Source: Candidatus Bathyarchaeota archaeon (GTDB lineage Archaea; Thermoproteota; Bathyarchaeia; 40CM-2-53-6). From it: a stretch of 64,000 nt of DNA. The stretch spans positions 192,001-256,000 of the forward strand of contig CAWHWX010000016.1 in NCBI GenBank assembly GCA_963833125.1, written 5' to 3'. Under the pieces are notes generated by a model. The model made no database searches. It was not told the origin of the DNA and worked only from the letters and a program-made list of their open reading frames with translations. Below, in pieces: positions 1-10,678 of the stretch; position 1 is the first letter of the stretch; each line of letters opens with the position of its first letter. The position numbers and the translations under genes are program-made.

Positions 1-478
1 GTGGAACACCAGGGAGACAGAAGATCTGAGTTCGCCTCACAGTCAGCCAGACTGCTGGGGCTGTTCCTACCGGATTATGCAACGGGGTTGACCCCTCTGG
101 TATCCGTCCCATCTTCAAACGCGGTTTCGTGAATTCAATTGATTCGTGGAATCTTCGTTCATAATGTTCACGAATCAGCTGAACCGCCTCTTTATCCAGC
201 TTAACTCGTCGCCCTACCGCCTTGGCCACGCCTTGTAACGTCATATCATCAAAAGTAGGCCCAATTCCTCCCGTGGTGATCAGGAAGTTAGGTGCCCGCC
301 GTAGCGACTCCTTAACCGCTCGTGAAATTTCGCCCAAATTATCTCCAATAGTCGTTACTCGCACAACCTCGCCTCCAAGAGAGGTTACCTGCGAGGATAA
401 CCATGATGCGTTCGTATTGATTGTGTTTCCGAGTAGCAACTCGTTGCCAATCGACAATATCTCAACGACGCAAGTCAA
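1..478 (-). CDS. CinA/MoeA-like molybdopterin-binding-domain protein (3' end outside window)
   Basis: Manual minus-strand translation from TTG 478: MTCVVEILSIGNELLLGNTINTNASWL...LITTGGIGPTFDDMT...FCLPGVP, the motifs of the CinA N-terminal domain. Confidence 0.85.
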   Translation of the reverse strand, partial: MTCVVEILSIGNELLLGNTINTNASWLSSQVTSLGGEVVRVTTIGDNLGEISRAVKESLRRAPNFLITTGGIGPTFDDMTLQGVAKAVGRRVKLDKEAVQLIREHYERRFHESIEFTKPRLKMGRIPEGSTPLHNPVGTAPAVWLTVRRTQIFCLPGVP

Positions 479-577
479 TCTAGCTTACGCTCGACAAACA
501 ATCAAGGCTCTATGAATAAACGGTGTCTGTATAAACGAATAGATCGATCGTCCGTACGTTTCAGTAGTATCGGGAGG

Positions 578-808
578 CTAATCAGTTTTCTTGGAGAGCC
601 ACCATTTCAGGTAATCGTTCTGTTTGCGCCTACGTTGCTCTTCTGGAGATTCTCTTTCCCTGAGTTTCAGCCGGCCTTCCATGAGTTGCTGTGCGCTAGT
701 TGTAAGCCCGCAGCTTTTGCAGGTGTAGTGTTTTAGCGCGCTATCGTAGGTCAATATTCCTCCACATTCTAAGCAGTAATTCGTTGTCACTTGGACATTG
801 GTCTCCAA
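578..808 (-). CDS. Small Zn-ribbon protein
   Basis: CLECGG...CKSCG motif, basic C-terminus YLKWWLSKK; co-oriented between ABCE1 and the CinA-like gene. Confidence 0.7.
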   Translation of the reverse strand: METNVQVTTNYCLECGGILTYDSALKHYTCKSCGLTTSAQQLMEGRLKLRERESPEEQRRRKQNDYLKWWLSKKTD

Positions 809-848
809 GTGGGTAGGTTTGTGGCGCGCTAGTTAAACCTGTAGCACG

Positions 849-2628
849 TCATTCTTTGGCGGCAACGTAGTAGAATTCTCCAGAACTCTTTTGCTCCTTA
901 TCCAGCTTGCTATCCAGCTTGTTTATTCGCGGGCGCAGTGTGTCGGGGTCGACGTCTAAACGTGATTCCCATTTCGGAGAGGAAGGTGTTCATCGCCTCG
1001 CACAACGGCATGGGGTTGGAACTGCTGCCGTCAACGCTTGGAGTTCCTTTGAAAACCATCATACGGTCCGCGAGGAAATCTTGAGTGACAATGTCATGTT
1101 CAACCACAAACCCGAAGGCTTGCCGAGAGTCGACCAAGTGTCTTACCGCCTTAGCTACGTTCAGCCTCTCCTCGACGTCGAGGAATGCGCTTGGTTCGTC
1201 GAGCAAGTAGACTTGAGCTGACTTTCCGAGACATGCGGTAATCGCGACCCGTTGCAGTTCTCCGCCGCTTAGCTCGGTTATTTTTCGGTCGAGAAGTTTA
1301 GTGATAGATAAGGGCTTAATGACTTCATCAGTGAACATTGCAGATGAATAGTCTTCGACCACACTCATGAGGAGCTCCTGAACGTTTCCTTCGTAGGTTG
1401 AAGAGATGTATTGGGGCTTGTAACTAACTTGGAGTTGATTCTGGCTTGATTTTTCGTAGTAATCGAGAAGTTCCTTGATGAATGTGGTCTTGCCGATTCC
1501 GTTGGACCCTAATATTCCGATGATTTCGCCGGCTGCAACGTGGCCCGGGTCAACTTGAAGGTGGAAATCTCCAATCGTCTTTGTAATCCTTGGCCATTCA
1601 AGCCGAGTTTGAGATTCGAAGTCAATCTCCCGTGGCGGTCTAACATGAAATCGGATAGGGTCGTCCCTAAACCTCATGTTTTCATCGGGCAGGAATCCGG
1701 ACAGGTAATCATTGATTCCGCCCCGTGTCGGGTGAACGTGGGACACTATACCGTAGGATCCAGGCTGACCATAAACGAGGTAGACTTCATCAGAGAGGTA
1801 GTCGAGCATTGCCAAATCATGCTCGGCGACAAGTACGGTCTTTTTCTCTTCGAGTAGCTTCCTAATGCTTCTTGCAGCTCGAATTCGTTGGTAAATGTCC
1901 AGGTAACTTGACGGTTCGTCGAAGATGTAGACGTCGGCCTTTCTGGAAATAGCTGCTGCGATGGCGACCCTTTGAAGTTCACCTCCGCTTAGCACCTTAG
2001 CGTCTCGTTCGAGCAACGGTTTCAATTCAAGGTCATCAATCAATTCCGAAAGCTTACCGCGTTCGTCGACCTTATTCAGTAACCCGCCTATCTTCCCCTT
2101 GAGAATCTCGCCGAGTTTGTCGACGTGTTGCGGCTTGTGAACGATCTTCACGTCGCCAGAAGAAATGTTGGTGAAATACTCATGAAGCAAAGTACCACGG
2201 TACCTGTTTAGGACGGTGTCCCAGTCGGTCGTTGCTTCAGTTGTGCCGAAGTTCGGTTTCATCTCTCCGCCTAGTATACGGAGGGCTGTGCTCTTTCCTG
2301 TGCCGTTTCTCCCCACAAGACCGATCAGCGTTCCCGGGCGGGGCACGGGCAACCTGAAGAGTTTGAATTCGTTTACGCCATAACTGTGAATGCATTCGCC
2401 GTCAAGTTCCTGCGGCAGCTTCACAATACTAATCGCGTCGAAGGGGCACTTTTTGATGCAGATTCCGCAACCCGTGCAGAGGTCCTCGTCGATTATGGGT
2501 TTCTTCTGTCCGGCTATGAATTTGATCGCGTAACTCCTATTGAGAACTTCGGGGCAGAAACGGTAACATGGTATGCCGCAGTCATCTGGCTTGCAATGTT
2601 CCTTGTCCAGTGTGGCGACGCGTAACAA
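849..2628 (-). CDS. rli1: Ribosome recycling ATPase ABCE1/RLI (frameshift near 951)
   Basis: N-terminal Fe-S cysteines, two ABC domains (GRNGTGKS, LSGGELQR, GSNGIGKT); the alternate frame restores the C-terminus TFRRDPDTLRPRINKLDSKLDKEQK...YY. Confidence 0.95.
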
Positions 2629-2707
2629 TATTACTTCATTCCCCGTATGAAATTTCGACTAGATTAGTGCGGCAGATTAGAATTAGGCAGATCGTAGCTG
2701 GGCCTTA

Positions 2708-2800
2708 TTACCACTCCTCTTCTTCTCCCCAGCCTTCATCCTCTCCCCATTCATCGTCGGTCCAGTCATCTTCCTCTCCGTCCCAATTATCTTCACTCAA
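2708..2800 (-). CDS. 30-aa acidic Trp-rich micropeptide
   Basis: TTG start, MSEDNWDGEEDDWTDDEWGEDEGWGEEEEW, double stop TAATAA; BRE/TATA-like AAAAGTTTAAA upstream near 2847-2857. Confidence 0.65.
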   Translation of the reverse strand: MSEDNWDGEEDDWTDDEWGEDEGWGEEEEW

Positions 2801-2982
2801 AAGTCGGACCTTCGACGCGAGTTCGTTAAGCCGTTAAAGAGGCTCCTTTAAACTTTTGGCCATGGAAAGTGGGTGATGCCGCACAAACACACCGCTACTG
2901 CCCAACTAATCTGATCGCAGGACATGTACCTGTTCCGCCGGGATCACGTTCATAATCGCAACTTGGCGATGCTGACTGGCGT

Positions 2983-3933
2983 CTAAGGTAAGCGGGATAC
3001 TATTTTCCCTCTGAAATTCGCCATGGGTTGCTTCATTGAAGGCGTAGAGTAGGCCCAGGGCATGTAGGCAGTGTTGTGAACTGCGGCGATCTTTCCGTCT
3101 CGGTCAATCGCTATTATTCCCGCATGGCCACGCAACCTCTCTGACGCGATACGAACACAGGCTTCAGCCGCTTTAGCGGCTGATAATCCGCTGCCCATCA
3201 TCAAACACGTGGTCCTTGAGAGTGCTAGCTTTACTGCGATTTCTCCCCACCCAGTTGCGGTTGCAGTTCCCAACCGATTGTCCGAATACAACCCCGAACC
3301 TATCTGGGGTGTATCTCCAATTCTTCCTGGCAATTTCATCGCCATACCTCCAGTAGATGCAGCCGAGGCAAGGTTTCCATCCGCATCAACGGCCACCGCC
3401 CCCACAGTATCATGTTCCAGAATTTCTGGATGTTTACGAATTAGCCTAGGATTCTTCTTCAGCCATGCCACCCTTCCTTTAACGTAATTTTTCTTCATTT
3501 CTTTGAAGATTTTCCGCCGTCTAGCTGTGATTGGGTTACCGGTAGGGAGGCGAAACGCCTTGCCTATCTTTTCGGCCGTCTCGCCCGCTAAGAGTACATG
3601 GTCGGTGTTTTGCATCACCAGTCGGGCTAGGTGGATGGGGTTCTTGGTATTGCGGATCATGGTAACGGCGCCCGCGGACAGGTCGCGTCCATCCATAATC
3701 GCTGCATCCATCTCCACTGTACCGATACAGGTGAGTGCCGAACCCGTTCCCGCGTTGAAGATTGGGTCGTCTTCCATCACGGAGACGGCGGCTTCAACAG
3801 CGTCAAGGGCTGAGCTACCGTCGGCGAGTATTCTCGACCCTTCCGACGCCGCCTTTTGCACCCCTTCTCTGCCCAGTTTGATGTCCTTTCTCCAAAAACC
3901 GGCTCCGCCGTGAACAACAATCTGGGCCTCCAT
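2983..3933 (-). CDS. iaaA: Isoaspartyl peptidase/L-asparaginase (Ntn hydrolase)
   Basis: IVVHGGAG, FNAGTGS, EMDAAIMDG, DTVGAVA nucleophile site, GRIGD. Confidence 0.92.
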   Translation of the reverse strand: MEAQIVVHGGAGFWRKDIKLGREGVQKAASEGSRILADGSSALDAVEAAVSVMEDDPIFNAGTGSALTCIGTVEMDAAIMDGRDLSAGAVTMIRNTKNPIHLARLVMQNTDHVLLAGETAEKIGKAFRLPTGNPITARRRKIFKEMKKNYVKGRVAWLKKNPRLIRKHPEILEHDTVGAVAVDADGNLASAASTGGMAMKLPGRIGDTPQIGSGLYSDNRLGTATATGWGEIAVKLALSRTTCLMMGSGLSAAKAAEACVRIASERLRGHAGIIAIDRDGKIAAVHNTAYMPWAYSTPSMKQPMANFRGKIVSRLP

Positions 3934-4040
3934 TCAGTATCGCCTATTCTTCGGTTTGATTCTAAGGGATTCTCTGTGACTCGCGGACTAATCTTTAAGC
4001 AGTTTGCGATGAAATACTCGTTCAGGGTTGCGTCGTCTCT

Positions 4041-4664
4041 TTGGTGCGTGTATTGAAGGCGGACTTGGATGGGTTGGCAAGCGCCGCAGATACCGTTGCC
4101 AAAGGCGGAGTAATTTGCTACCCAACAGACACCGTGTACGGTTTAGGGTGCGATCCACTAAATTCATCGGCGATCAAGAGGACAGTGGAGGCAAAGGGAG
4201 GTCGGACGAAGCCGTTGCCAGTCTTGGTGAAAGGACTGGCTGATGCGGAGGGGCTTGTGTATGTAACTAATCGTGCGAAACGAGTAGCTGAGAGTTTTTG
4301 GCCTGGCCCATTGACGATGGTTCTTCCCTCTCGTGACATTGTTCCCACAATACTCGCTCCCGAGAGAAGGGTGGGCGTTCGTTCACCGAAGCACCCCATC
4401 TGCCTGGACCTATTGGGGCTCTGCTCGGGGGCATTGATTGGGACGAGTGCCAATCTCTCGGGAAGACCTCCCGCGACTACAGCTTTGGAGGCTTTGAAGG
4501 AACTCGGAGACCGAGTAGACATAATACTTGATGGAGGCAGGGCCCCGCTCGGCGTAGCCTCCACCGTCGTAGACCTGACACAAGCCAAAGTTACTATTTT
4601 GCGAGAGGGCCCGGTAGAGCGGTCGGAGATAATTCGTTGCCTGCGGCAGCGTCGGCCAAGATAG
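4041..4664 (+). CDS. sua5: Threonylcarbamoyl-AMP synthase (Sua5/TsaC, YrdC domain)
   Basis: PTDTVYGL, KGGRTKPL, WPGPLT, TSANLSG, STVVD motifs. Confidence 0.92.
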   Translation: MVRVLKADLDGLASAADTVAKGGVICYPTDTVYGLGCDPLNSSAIKRTVEAKGGRTKPLPVLVKGLADAEGLVYVTNRAKRVAESFWPGPLTMVLPSRDIVPTILAPERRVGVRSPKHPICLDLLGLCSGALIGTSANLSGRPPATTALEALKELGDRVDIILDGGRAPLGVASTVVDLTQAKVTILREGPVERSEIIRCLRQRRPR

Positions 4665-4707
4665 CTATTAATGTACAGATATCTTTCGGTAGGTTCGGGT
4701 CATCTCG

Positions 4708-5235
4708 TTGCTGAAGGACTTCAATCTGGTCGTATCGACTAGCCGAGGAAACGAGAGAAACACTTGCAGCGAGATGTGGTACCTTCTAGGGGAAGTTGGC
4801 GATCGGGGATCGACTATTGAAACCACTTCGGTCATTGGTTTGGTTGTCGCGAAGACGAAGCTTGACGTGGTCAAAGCGATTCACGATCTTCGCGGACTCT
4901 TGAAGGAAAGGCCGTGGGAATTCAAATACACGCTGAAGATGGTACCGGTTCAAACTGTTACAGAAGCGAAGCTCGAGACAATACAAGCCTCAGCGCTAAC
5001 GCTGGCTGCTGGAATTGCAGATAAAGAGACGTTCAGGATAACCGTTGAGAAACGGCACACCGGCCTCTCAAGCAAGACAATAATCGACACGATAGCGAAG
5101 AAGATTGAAAGAACCGTCAACCTCGAACATCCGGACAGAATACTCATGATAGAGATCATCGGAGAGTTAGCCGGCGCAGCCCTGCTTAAGGCGGAAGATA
5201 CCCTTTCGGTCGAGCGCGAGAAACGAAAATCCTAG
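4708..5235 (+). CDS. THUMP-domain RNA-binding protein (Tan1-like)
   Basis: FNLVVST, TFRITVEKR, VNLEHPD THUMP motifs. Confidence 0.85.
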   Translation: MLKDFNLVVSTSRGNERNTCSEMWYLLGEVGDRGSTIETTSVIGLVVAKTKLDVVKAIHDLRGLLKERPWEFKYTLKMVPVQTVTEAKLETIQASALTLAAGIADKETFRITVEKRHTGLSSKTIIDTIAKKIERTVNLEHPDRILMIEIIGELAGAALLKAEDTLSVEREKRKS

Positions 5236-5240
5236 CCAAT

Positions 5241-5807
5241 CTAATTCTTTAGCGCAAGCATCGCCGATCGCTCTATAGCCAGACGTTCAATTACGCTCGT
5301 GATAGGTTCCTTTCTCCGAATCATCGCTTTCAACTCTTTGTCCCCAATCTGAAACCCTGAACGCACGTTCTCGATTCTTGAGGGTGGCCAGTCATCGAGT
5401 AAAGCGTCGCTTGCAGGTTGGCCAAACAGTTGCTCGAGATAGTTTCCCGTAGCGGAGACCTGATTACTTGAGCTTCCCACAGCTAGAGCTGCTGTCCGGT
5501 TTGTTTCCGGAGTTACGCCGACGCGGGCTAACGCCTCATTGATTTGTCCGTTGCCTGAGACGTAGAGAAGAAGTTCCATCCCAAGGGATTTCGCAATTGG
5601 TTGCTTTGAACCGTAAGATTTGATCGCGTTGACCGTTGCCAGGAGCAAGTAGTGACTCCCAGGTACCCTATCCAGATCCACGCACTGAACGCTAACCTCA
5701 GGATACTTCTCGCGTGCGCTCCGAAGTAACTGCTCGATATTCTGCGGTTTAGTGTCGAATGCCGACATCCACACATATTGCCCAAGCTGGGGTATCTCGG
5801 AGAGCAC
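5241..5807 (-). CDS. cgi121: KEOPS complex subunit Cgi121
   Basis: IAKSLGMELLLYVSGNGQINEAL motif, C-terminal AIERSA; near sua5 (t6A pathway). Confidence 0.85.
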   Translation of the reverse strand: MLSEIPQLGQYVWMSAFDTKPQNIEQLLRSAREKYPEVSVQCVDLDRVPGSHYLLLATVNAIKSYGSKQPIAKSLGMELLLYVSGNGQINEALARVGVTPETNRTAALAVGSSSNQVSATGNYLEQLFGQPASDALLDDWPPSRIENVRSGFQIGDKELKAMIRRKEPITSVIERLAIERSAMLALKN

Positions 5808-6403
5808 TATGTACCGCCGTCAGCGAGTTTGAGAAGTGCGCTGATGGTTTTTTTGTCAATCCTGCATTTGATTAGCGTTTCTCGAACACTTTTCATGTTA
5901 CGTCCCTCCGCCTTTGCTTCTTGAATCAGCAGGATTGTTGTTTCCAATCTTTCCCACGGAAAAACGATCCAGTTGCTCGTCGTTTCTGCGAAGAAGTCTG
6001 GTTTGAACTTGCTGTGAGGTTTATGGTAAACCGTCACGGTCCTAACTTCTCCGGCACCCCTTTCGCGAATGTGGTCTAATGCTACTAGAAGGCTTTCGCC
6101 CGTGTCAGCCACGTCGTCAACTATGAGGATTTTCTTCTTGGATATGTCTTCCGTTATTGGTTGGGTTACGATCGGTTTCCGGGCCGTCTTGCTGATGCCC
6201 ACATAAAACTCAATTTTAACATTCGCGGTGTGCGTGTTAGCCAAAAGGTCTGAGAGAATCCTCCCAGGCGCCCAGCCTCCCCTAGATACACCCACTATAA
6301 GATCAGGTTTGAATCCCGACTCCTTTATCCGGATGGCTAGGTTTAGGAGCATATCATAAATTTCATCCCAACTGGGTGCAACATAATCGCGAGAATTTGG
6401 CAT
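5807..6403 (-). CDS. Purine (hypoxanthine/xanthine-guanine) phosphoribosyltransferase
   Basis: GVSRGG, PRPP-binding ILIVDDVADTGES, WIVFPWE. Confidence 0.88.
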   Translation of the reverse strand: MPNSRDYVAPSWDEIYDMLLNLAIRIKESGFKPDLIVGVSRGGWAPGRILSDLLANTHTANVKIEFYVGISKTARKPIVTQPITEDISKKKILIVDDVADTGESLLVALDHIRERGAGEVRTVTVYHKPHSKFKPDFFAETTSNWIVFPWERLETTILLIQEAKAEGRNMKSVRETLIKCRIDKKTISALLKLADGGT

Positions 6404-6663
6404 TAGGGTACCTTCAGAATCGAGGATTTTCAGATATCACTTCAAGTCTTTATTGCGGTCAGCGGAGATGCATCTCCTCATCTGGCTGTGAGGGGCCTCG
6501 GTGCAGGTCAATCCACGTCATGCCGCAGCTATGTTGGCCCGAGTCGCATTAACAAGTCTTACTGGATTGCCGGGGAAATTCATTTGAGGTTGCTACTACG
6601 ATAATAGTAATAAATCAGCTTAGCGGGAAGCGGTCAACCCTCACGTGGCCTTGACTGGATGGA

Positions 6664-8115
6664 TTGGTAAATTTGCTTGGCGATCTACTATATGGCGTCT
6701 ACACAGTCATCTCGGCCCTCATGTTCGCCTACGGTGCAAACTTCTACTATCTCACCTTCAGATCTTCACGAAACGAGTCCAAACCGAATCCTATGGCAAT
6801 CTCGCACTCAGACTTACCACGTGTTACGGTTCAGCTGCCAATCTACAATGAAAGGTACGTTGCGAAACGCATAATCGAAACTACATGTCAAGTCGATTAT
6901 CCGCGGTCAAAACTTGAAGTGCAAGTCCTAGACGACTCGACTGATGAAACGGCTGAGATCTGTAAAGAGACGGTACAAGAGTTTCGGAAAAAAGGTATGG
7001 ACTTAATCTACCTTCATCGCTCCGATCGTGCTGGTTACAAAGCCGGAGCCCTTCAAGAGGCTTTGAAAACTGCGAGTGGTGAATACATAGCCATCTTCGA
7101 TGCCGATTTTATTCCCCCCAAAGACTTCCTAATGAAAAGCCTACCTTACTTCACATCAAAAGACATTGGAATGGTGCAAACGAGATGGGGACACCTTAAC
7201 GACAATTATTCAACGCTAACAGGTGCCCAAGCTCTCAGTCTGGACGCTCACTTCCTGATTGAGCAGCGGGCGAGGAGTTACTCGGAACTCTTCATGGTCT
7301 TCAATGGAACGGCAGGAGTTTGGCGTAAGAACTGCATCCTAGATGCGGGCGGTTGGCAAAACACGCTCGCCGAAGACTTGGATCTGAGCTTTAGAGCGCA
7401 AATGAAGGGTTGGAAGTTTATCCTCCTCGATGACCAGCTGACGCCGGGGGAAGTTCCCGTACAAATGAATGCTTCGCGAAGACAACAGTACAGGTGGGCT
7501 AAGGGAACCGCCCAATGCGTGAGAAAATTCTTCGGAGAAGTTCTTGAGAGCCGCCTCAAAATAGGCACAAAACTTCAAGCACTATACCAATTAACGCGGC
7601 ATATCGTTTTTCCGCTTAGCATCCTACAGTTGTTGTTGCTCCCGTTTCTAATCGCTTGGGGTTTTGACCTTTCTCCAACGACGGGTATAGTTTCCCAGCT
7701 AACCCTGGGTCCTCTCGCCTACGTGTATGCGACCAGGAAGATGTATGGAAAGGACTGGCGTTCGATGTTACCTCGTTACATGTACCTCTTACTCTTCGGC
7801 GAAGGCATATCCTTAACGAATTCAATCGGATTCTTCCAGGGCTTGCTGGGTTACAAGGGCTCCTTTGAGCGTACGCCAAAGTACGGAATAATGGACAACC
7901 AGGATACATGGAAGGGGAAGCGTTACTCAGTTCCGTTTTCGTGGGTCACAAGTGGAGAAATTGCGCTTGCGGCTTATGGGGTCGTTGTGATTCTGATGGC
8001 TCTAATCAAAGGAAGCTTTCTCTTGGTGCCGAACCTTGCAGCACAAACTTTAGGTTTCATCTACGTCGCGGGATTAACGATCGTACATTCATTAGCTGGT
8101 CGGATGAAGATTTAA
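6664..8115 (+). CDS. Processive GT2 glycosyltransferase, cellulose-synthase-like (CslA-type)
   Basis: QLPIYNE, QVLDDSTD, GYKAGAL, FDADF, FNGTAG, AEDLDLS, QQYRW motif and multiple C-terminal TM helices. Confidence 0.92.
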   Translation: MVNLLGDLLYGVYTVISALMFAYGANFYYLTFRSSRNESKPNPMAISHSDLPRVTVQLPIYNERYVAKRIIETTCQVDYPRSKLEVQVLDDSTDETAEICKETVQEFRKKGMDLIYLHRSDRAGYKAGALQEALKTASGEYIAIFDADFIPPKDFLMKSLPYFTSKDIGMVQTRWGHLNDNYSTLTGAQALSLDAHFLIEQRARSYSELFMVFNGTAGVWRKNCILDAGGWQNTLAEDLDLSFRAQMKGWKFILLDDQLTPGEVPVQMNASRRQQYRWAKGTAQCVRKFFGEVLESRLKIGTKLQALYQLTRHIVFPLSILQLLLLPFLIAWGFDLSPTTGIVSQLTLGPLAYVYATRKMYGKDWRSMLPRYMYLLLFGEGISLTNSIGFFQGLLGYKGSFERTPKYGIMDNQDTWKGKRYSVPFSWVTSGEIALAAYGVVVILMALIKGSFLLVPNLAAQTLGFIYVAGLTIVHSLAGRMKI

Positions 8116-8116
8116 T

Positions 8117-8599
8117 TTGGATAAACGGGTTATTCTAGGACTAGCCGCCTTCTTGATTATCATCATTGTAGGCGGAGCGATGCTCTACTACGCGTATTAC
8201 AACTCCTTCTACGCCATGAACAGGGCTAATGCTCTCTTCAACCGAGCAGAGACAGCCGGTTTTGCGGAGGATATGATTGCTTACCTGCAGCGGGGCCGAG
8301 TTCTCCTACCAACGTCCGGAAACCCGGTATGGTGGTTTCCAACCGACAGGACGGATTTTGGTGAAATTCAGCACGACATAGACGGAATAATTGCCCGCGC
8401 TACGATCTTGGAGAGTCTACCCGGAACAGTACCGCGTATCAGACAGGGATGAATGATCTTCGCGGAAGAACCAAGGCACTAGAACTACAGGTTGCCGACG
8501 CATCCGGATACTTGTTTGTTAGCGGTTGGAACGTAGTTGCCGCTGCATTTTGGCTGGCGATCTTCGCGAATTGTTGCCTTCCTAGTGAAGAGGCGATAG
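8117..8599 (+). CDS. Two-TM membrane protein coupled to the GT2 synthase (frameshifted near 8420)
   Basis: N-terminal TM; the alternate frame continues STAYQTGMNDLRGR...WNVVAAAFWLAIF and ends LVKRR*. Confidence 0.65.
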
Positions 8600-8703
8600 A
8601 AAAGCTACTACGTCAGTAGTAGTAACTCTTTTATACCGACTCGACCCAGCGAGCCCGACGGGCAAACCTGAAAAATTGGAAAAGTTCGAAGAGGTGACAA
8701 ATC

Positions 8704-9663
8704 ATGGGCAGCTTGACAGCCAACGAACAATACGACTCAGAGGCAATCCACGATGGGCTGCAGAAAGTCCATGAGGTCTCCGAATATCTGAACTTCCCCT
8801 TTACCGTGAAAGAAGTTGCAAACTATTTTCTGCCTAAGTCAAACCTTACTCCGCAGCAACTCGAATTAATGTTAGCTAATGAGAGATTTGCTGATCTCGG
8901 GTTCAGAGTCAAAGACGGCTACCTCATTACGAATGATGATGAGTCTAAACGGTCCCGTTCCGAAAGGGAACAGATGTCCGCTGACAAACTCGACTCTGCA
9001 ACTGGCTTTGCAAATGTGTTGACTCGGCTGGTTCCCTTTATTCGAACGGTCGCGGTAACTGGCAGCGTCGCGTATGGAAGCGCTAGAGAGTGGGACGACA
9101 TTGACCTCTTCATAGTTACCAAGAGAAATCGGATGTGGATCTCAGCACTACTAACCCTCGTTCTGGTTAGATTGGACAAACTACTGATTCTTAGAGCCCC
9201 GCAACTCTCACATTTCTGCTTGAGTTACGTGCACGACGAACTCGGTTTCTCTAGAGAATCTCGGAAAAATAGAACGAATCCTCTATTCGCCCGCGAATTG
9301 CTCAAGGCGAAACCTGTGGCAGGCAGGGAGGAATATCGAAGGATTCTGGAACAGAACGAATGGGTGAGTGATTTCTATTCAGAGCCTTACTTTGAGAAAC
9401 TGAAACTGCTAAGTGACGATCTCAACGGTACGGTTCAATCCAGCAAGGATGGTTCGAGTATCATCTCGTTCTTCTTGGATTGGGTGGAAGGAGTGACGTA
9501 CACGATTCTGAGCCGCTATCTTCGAATTCGTGCGTATCTTACGAATCTCAAACTTGAATCGGAGGGCCAAAAACTTCGTGTGTTTGACCCCATCATGACC
9601 TCGTCGTCGTGTATCTACACTTCGAACTTCTACAGGTGGCTTCGCGTACTCTGGGGTGAGTAG
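8704..9663 (+). CDS. Pol-beta-superfamily nucleotidyltransferase-domain protein
   Basis: VAVTGSVAYG...DDIDLFIV (GS..DxD) motif. Confidence 0.8.
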   Translation: MGSLTANEQYDSEAIHDGLQKVHEVSEYLNFPFTVKEVANYFLPKSNLTPQQLELMLANERFADLGFRVKDGYLITNDDESKRSRSEREQMSADKLDSATGFANVLTRLVPFIRTVAVTGSVAYGSAREWDDIDLFIVTKRNRMWISALLTLVLVRLDKLLILRAPQLSHFCLSYVHDELGFSRESRKNRTNPLFARELLKAKPVAGREEYRRILEQNEWVSDFYSEPYFEKLKLLSDDLNGTVQSSKDGSSIISFFLDWVEGVTYTILSRYLRIRAYLTNLKLESEGQKLRVFDPIMTSSSCIYTSNFYRWLRVLWGE

Positions 9664-9701
9664 GCGGTGAGAAGCCTCTTTCAGGAGGAAGTGTTCAGTC
9701 T

Positions 9702-10659
9702 TTGAGTCAAGATCTGTTACCGCCCCAACCAAAGCTTCTCGAGGCCGAATTTTCGATCGGTATCTGCGCAGCCGACCGCGCTACAAATCTCAAGGAATTA
9801 CTCAACCTTGTGGAAACTGAAACATATCCCGAGGGCCTGAATCTTAACGAGGTTCTAATTGTTGCAAGTGGACTCGATCCTCAATCTCTAGCCTTTGTGA
9901 GAGAATTCACGAATAATCACGAAAGCTTCGTTTTGATTGAGGAGCCGATCCGACGGGGAAAGGCTGAGGCGATTAACCGGATAATCAATTCTTTCCGTGG
10001 AGAATTTCTTGTCCTTGTTAACTCGGATGCGCACCCCGAGCGAGGAGCAATCTCGAAGTTACTCAGGTTGATCTCGACGGATAACAATGTGGGCATGGTA
10101 TCCGCTTCTCCGGTAGTCGCTCAGAATGCAGGCATCACGGGGACGATACTGCAACTGATATGGGGAGTCCATAACGGATGCTTACTTACGCTTAACGAGG
10201 AGAACAAGAACAATCACTGCTGTGACGAGCTGACCGTCATTAGATCCCAAGCATTAAGGAACCTCCCCAGCGATACTGTGAACGATGGCGCATTCTTAGC
10301 CCGGGGCAGCTTACAACGCAGGGTATTCTATCAGATTTTGTGAGAGCGCAAGGGTGAGAATCGATGTCCCCCAACGGTTTTGCGACTTGATAAGGCAACG
10401 CAGGAGAATAGTTTACGGGCACTTCCAGATTCTAAGATCGGTTGGTGAAGCACCGAGAACAATAGAATCAATGCTCTTCAAAGCGCCTCTCCTTAGCCTC
10501 TCAATTCTAATTAGAACAATTGCTCAGAAACCAAGATTGGCTTTGGCACTTCCAATCGCAATCATCGGAGAGGTGGTCTCGGTCGCTTTGGCGGTGAGCG
10601 ATAATCTAACCTCAACCATGAAACATGTACCGTGGGATCGGGTTGGGAGCCGAGCCTGA
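9702..10659 (+). CDS. GT2 glycosyltransferase (frameshift near 10303)
   Basis: RRGKAEAIN, LVNSDA, TVNDG, QRRRI motif and C-terminal hydrophobic helices across ORFs 9702-10343 and 10354-10659. Confidence 0.82.
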
Positions 10660-10678
10660 GGCTGAGGGGCGGAATCGT

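Noticed and set aside
4041-5807. sua5-THUMP-cgi121 clustering as a novel system
   Set aside because: Ordinary clustering of known tRNA-modification genes
8605-8622. CTACTAC-GTCA-GTAGTAG inverted repeat
   Set aside because: Short hairpin directly after a stop codon; likely a terminator or stability element, and only one copy was seen
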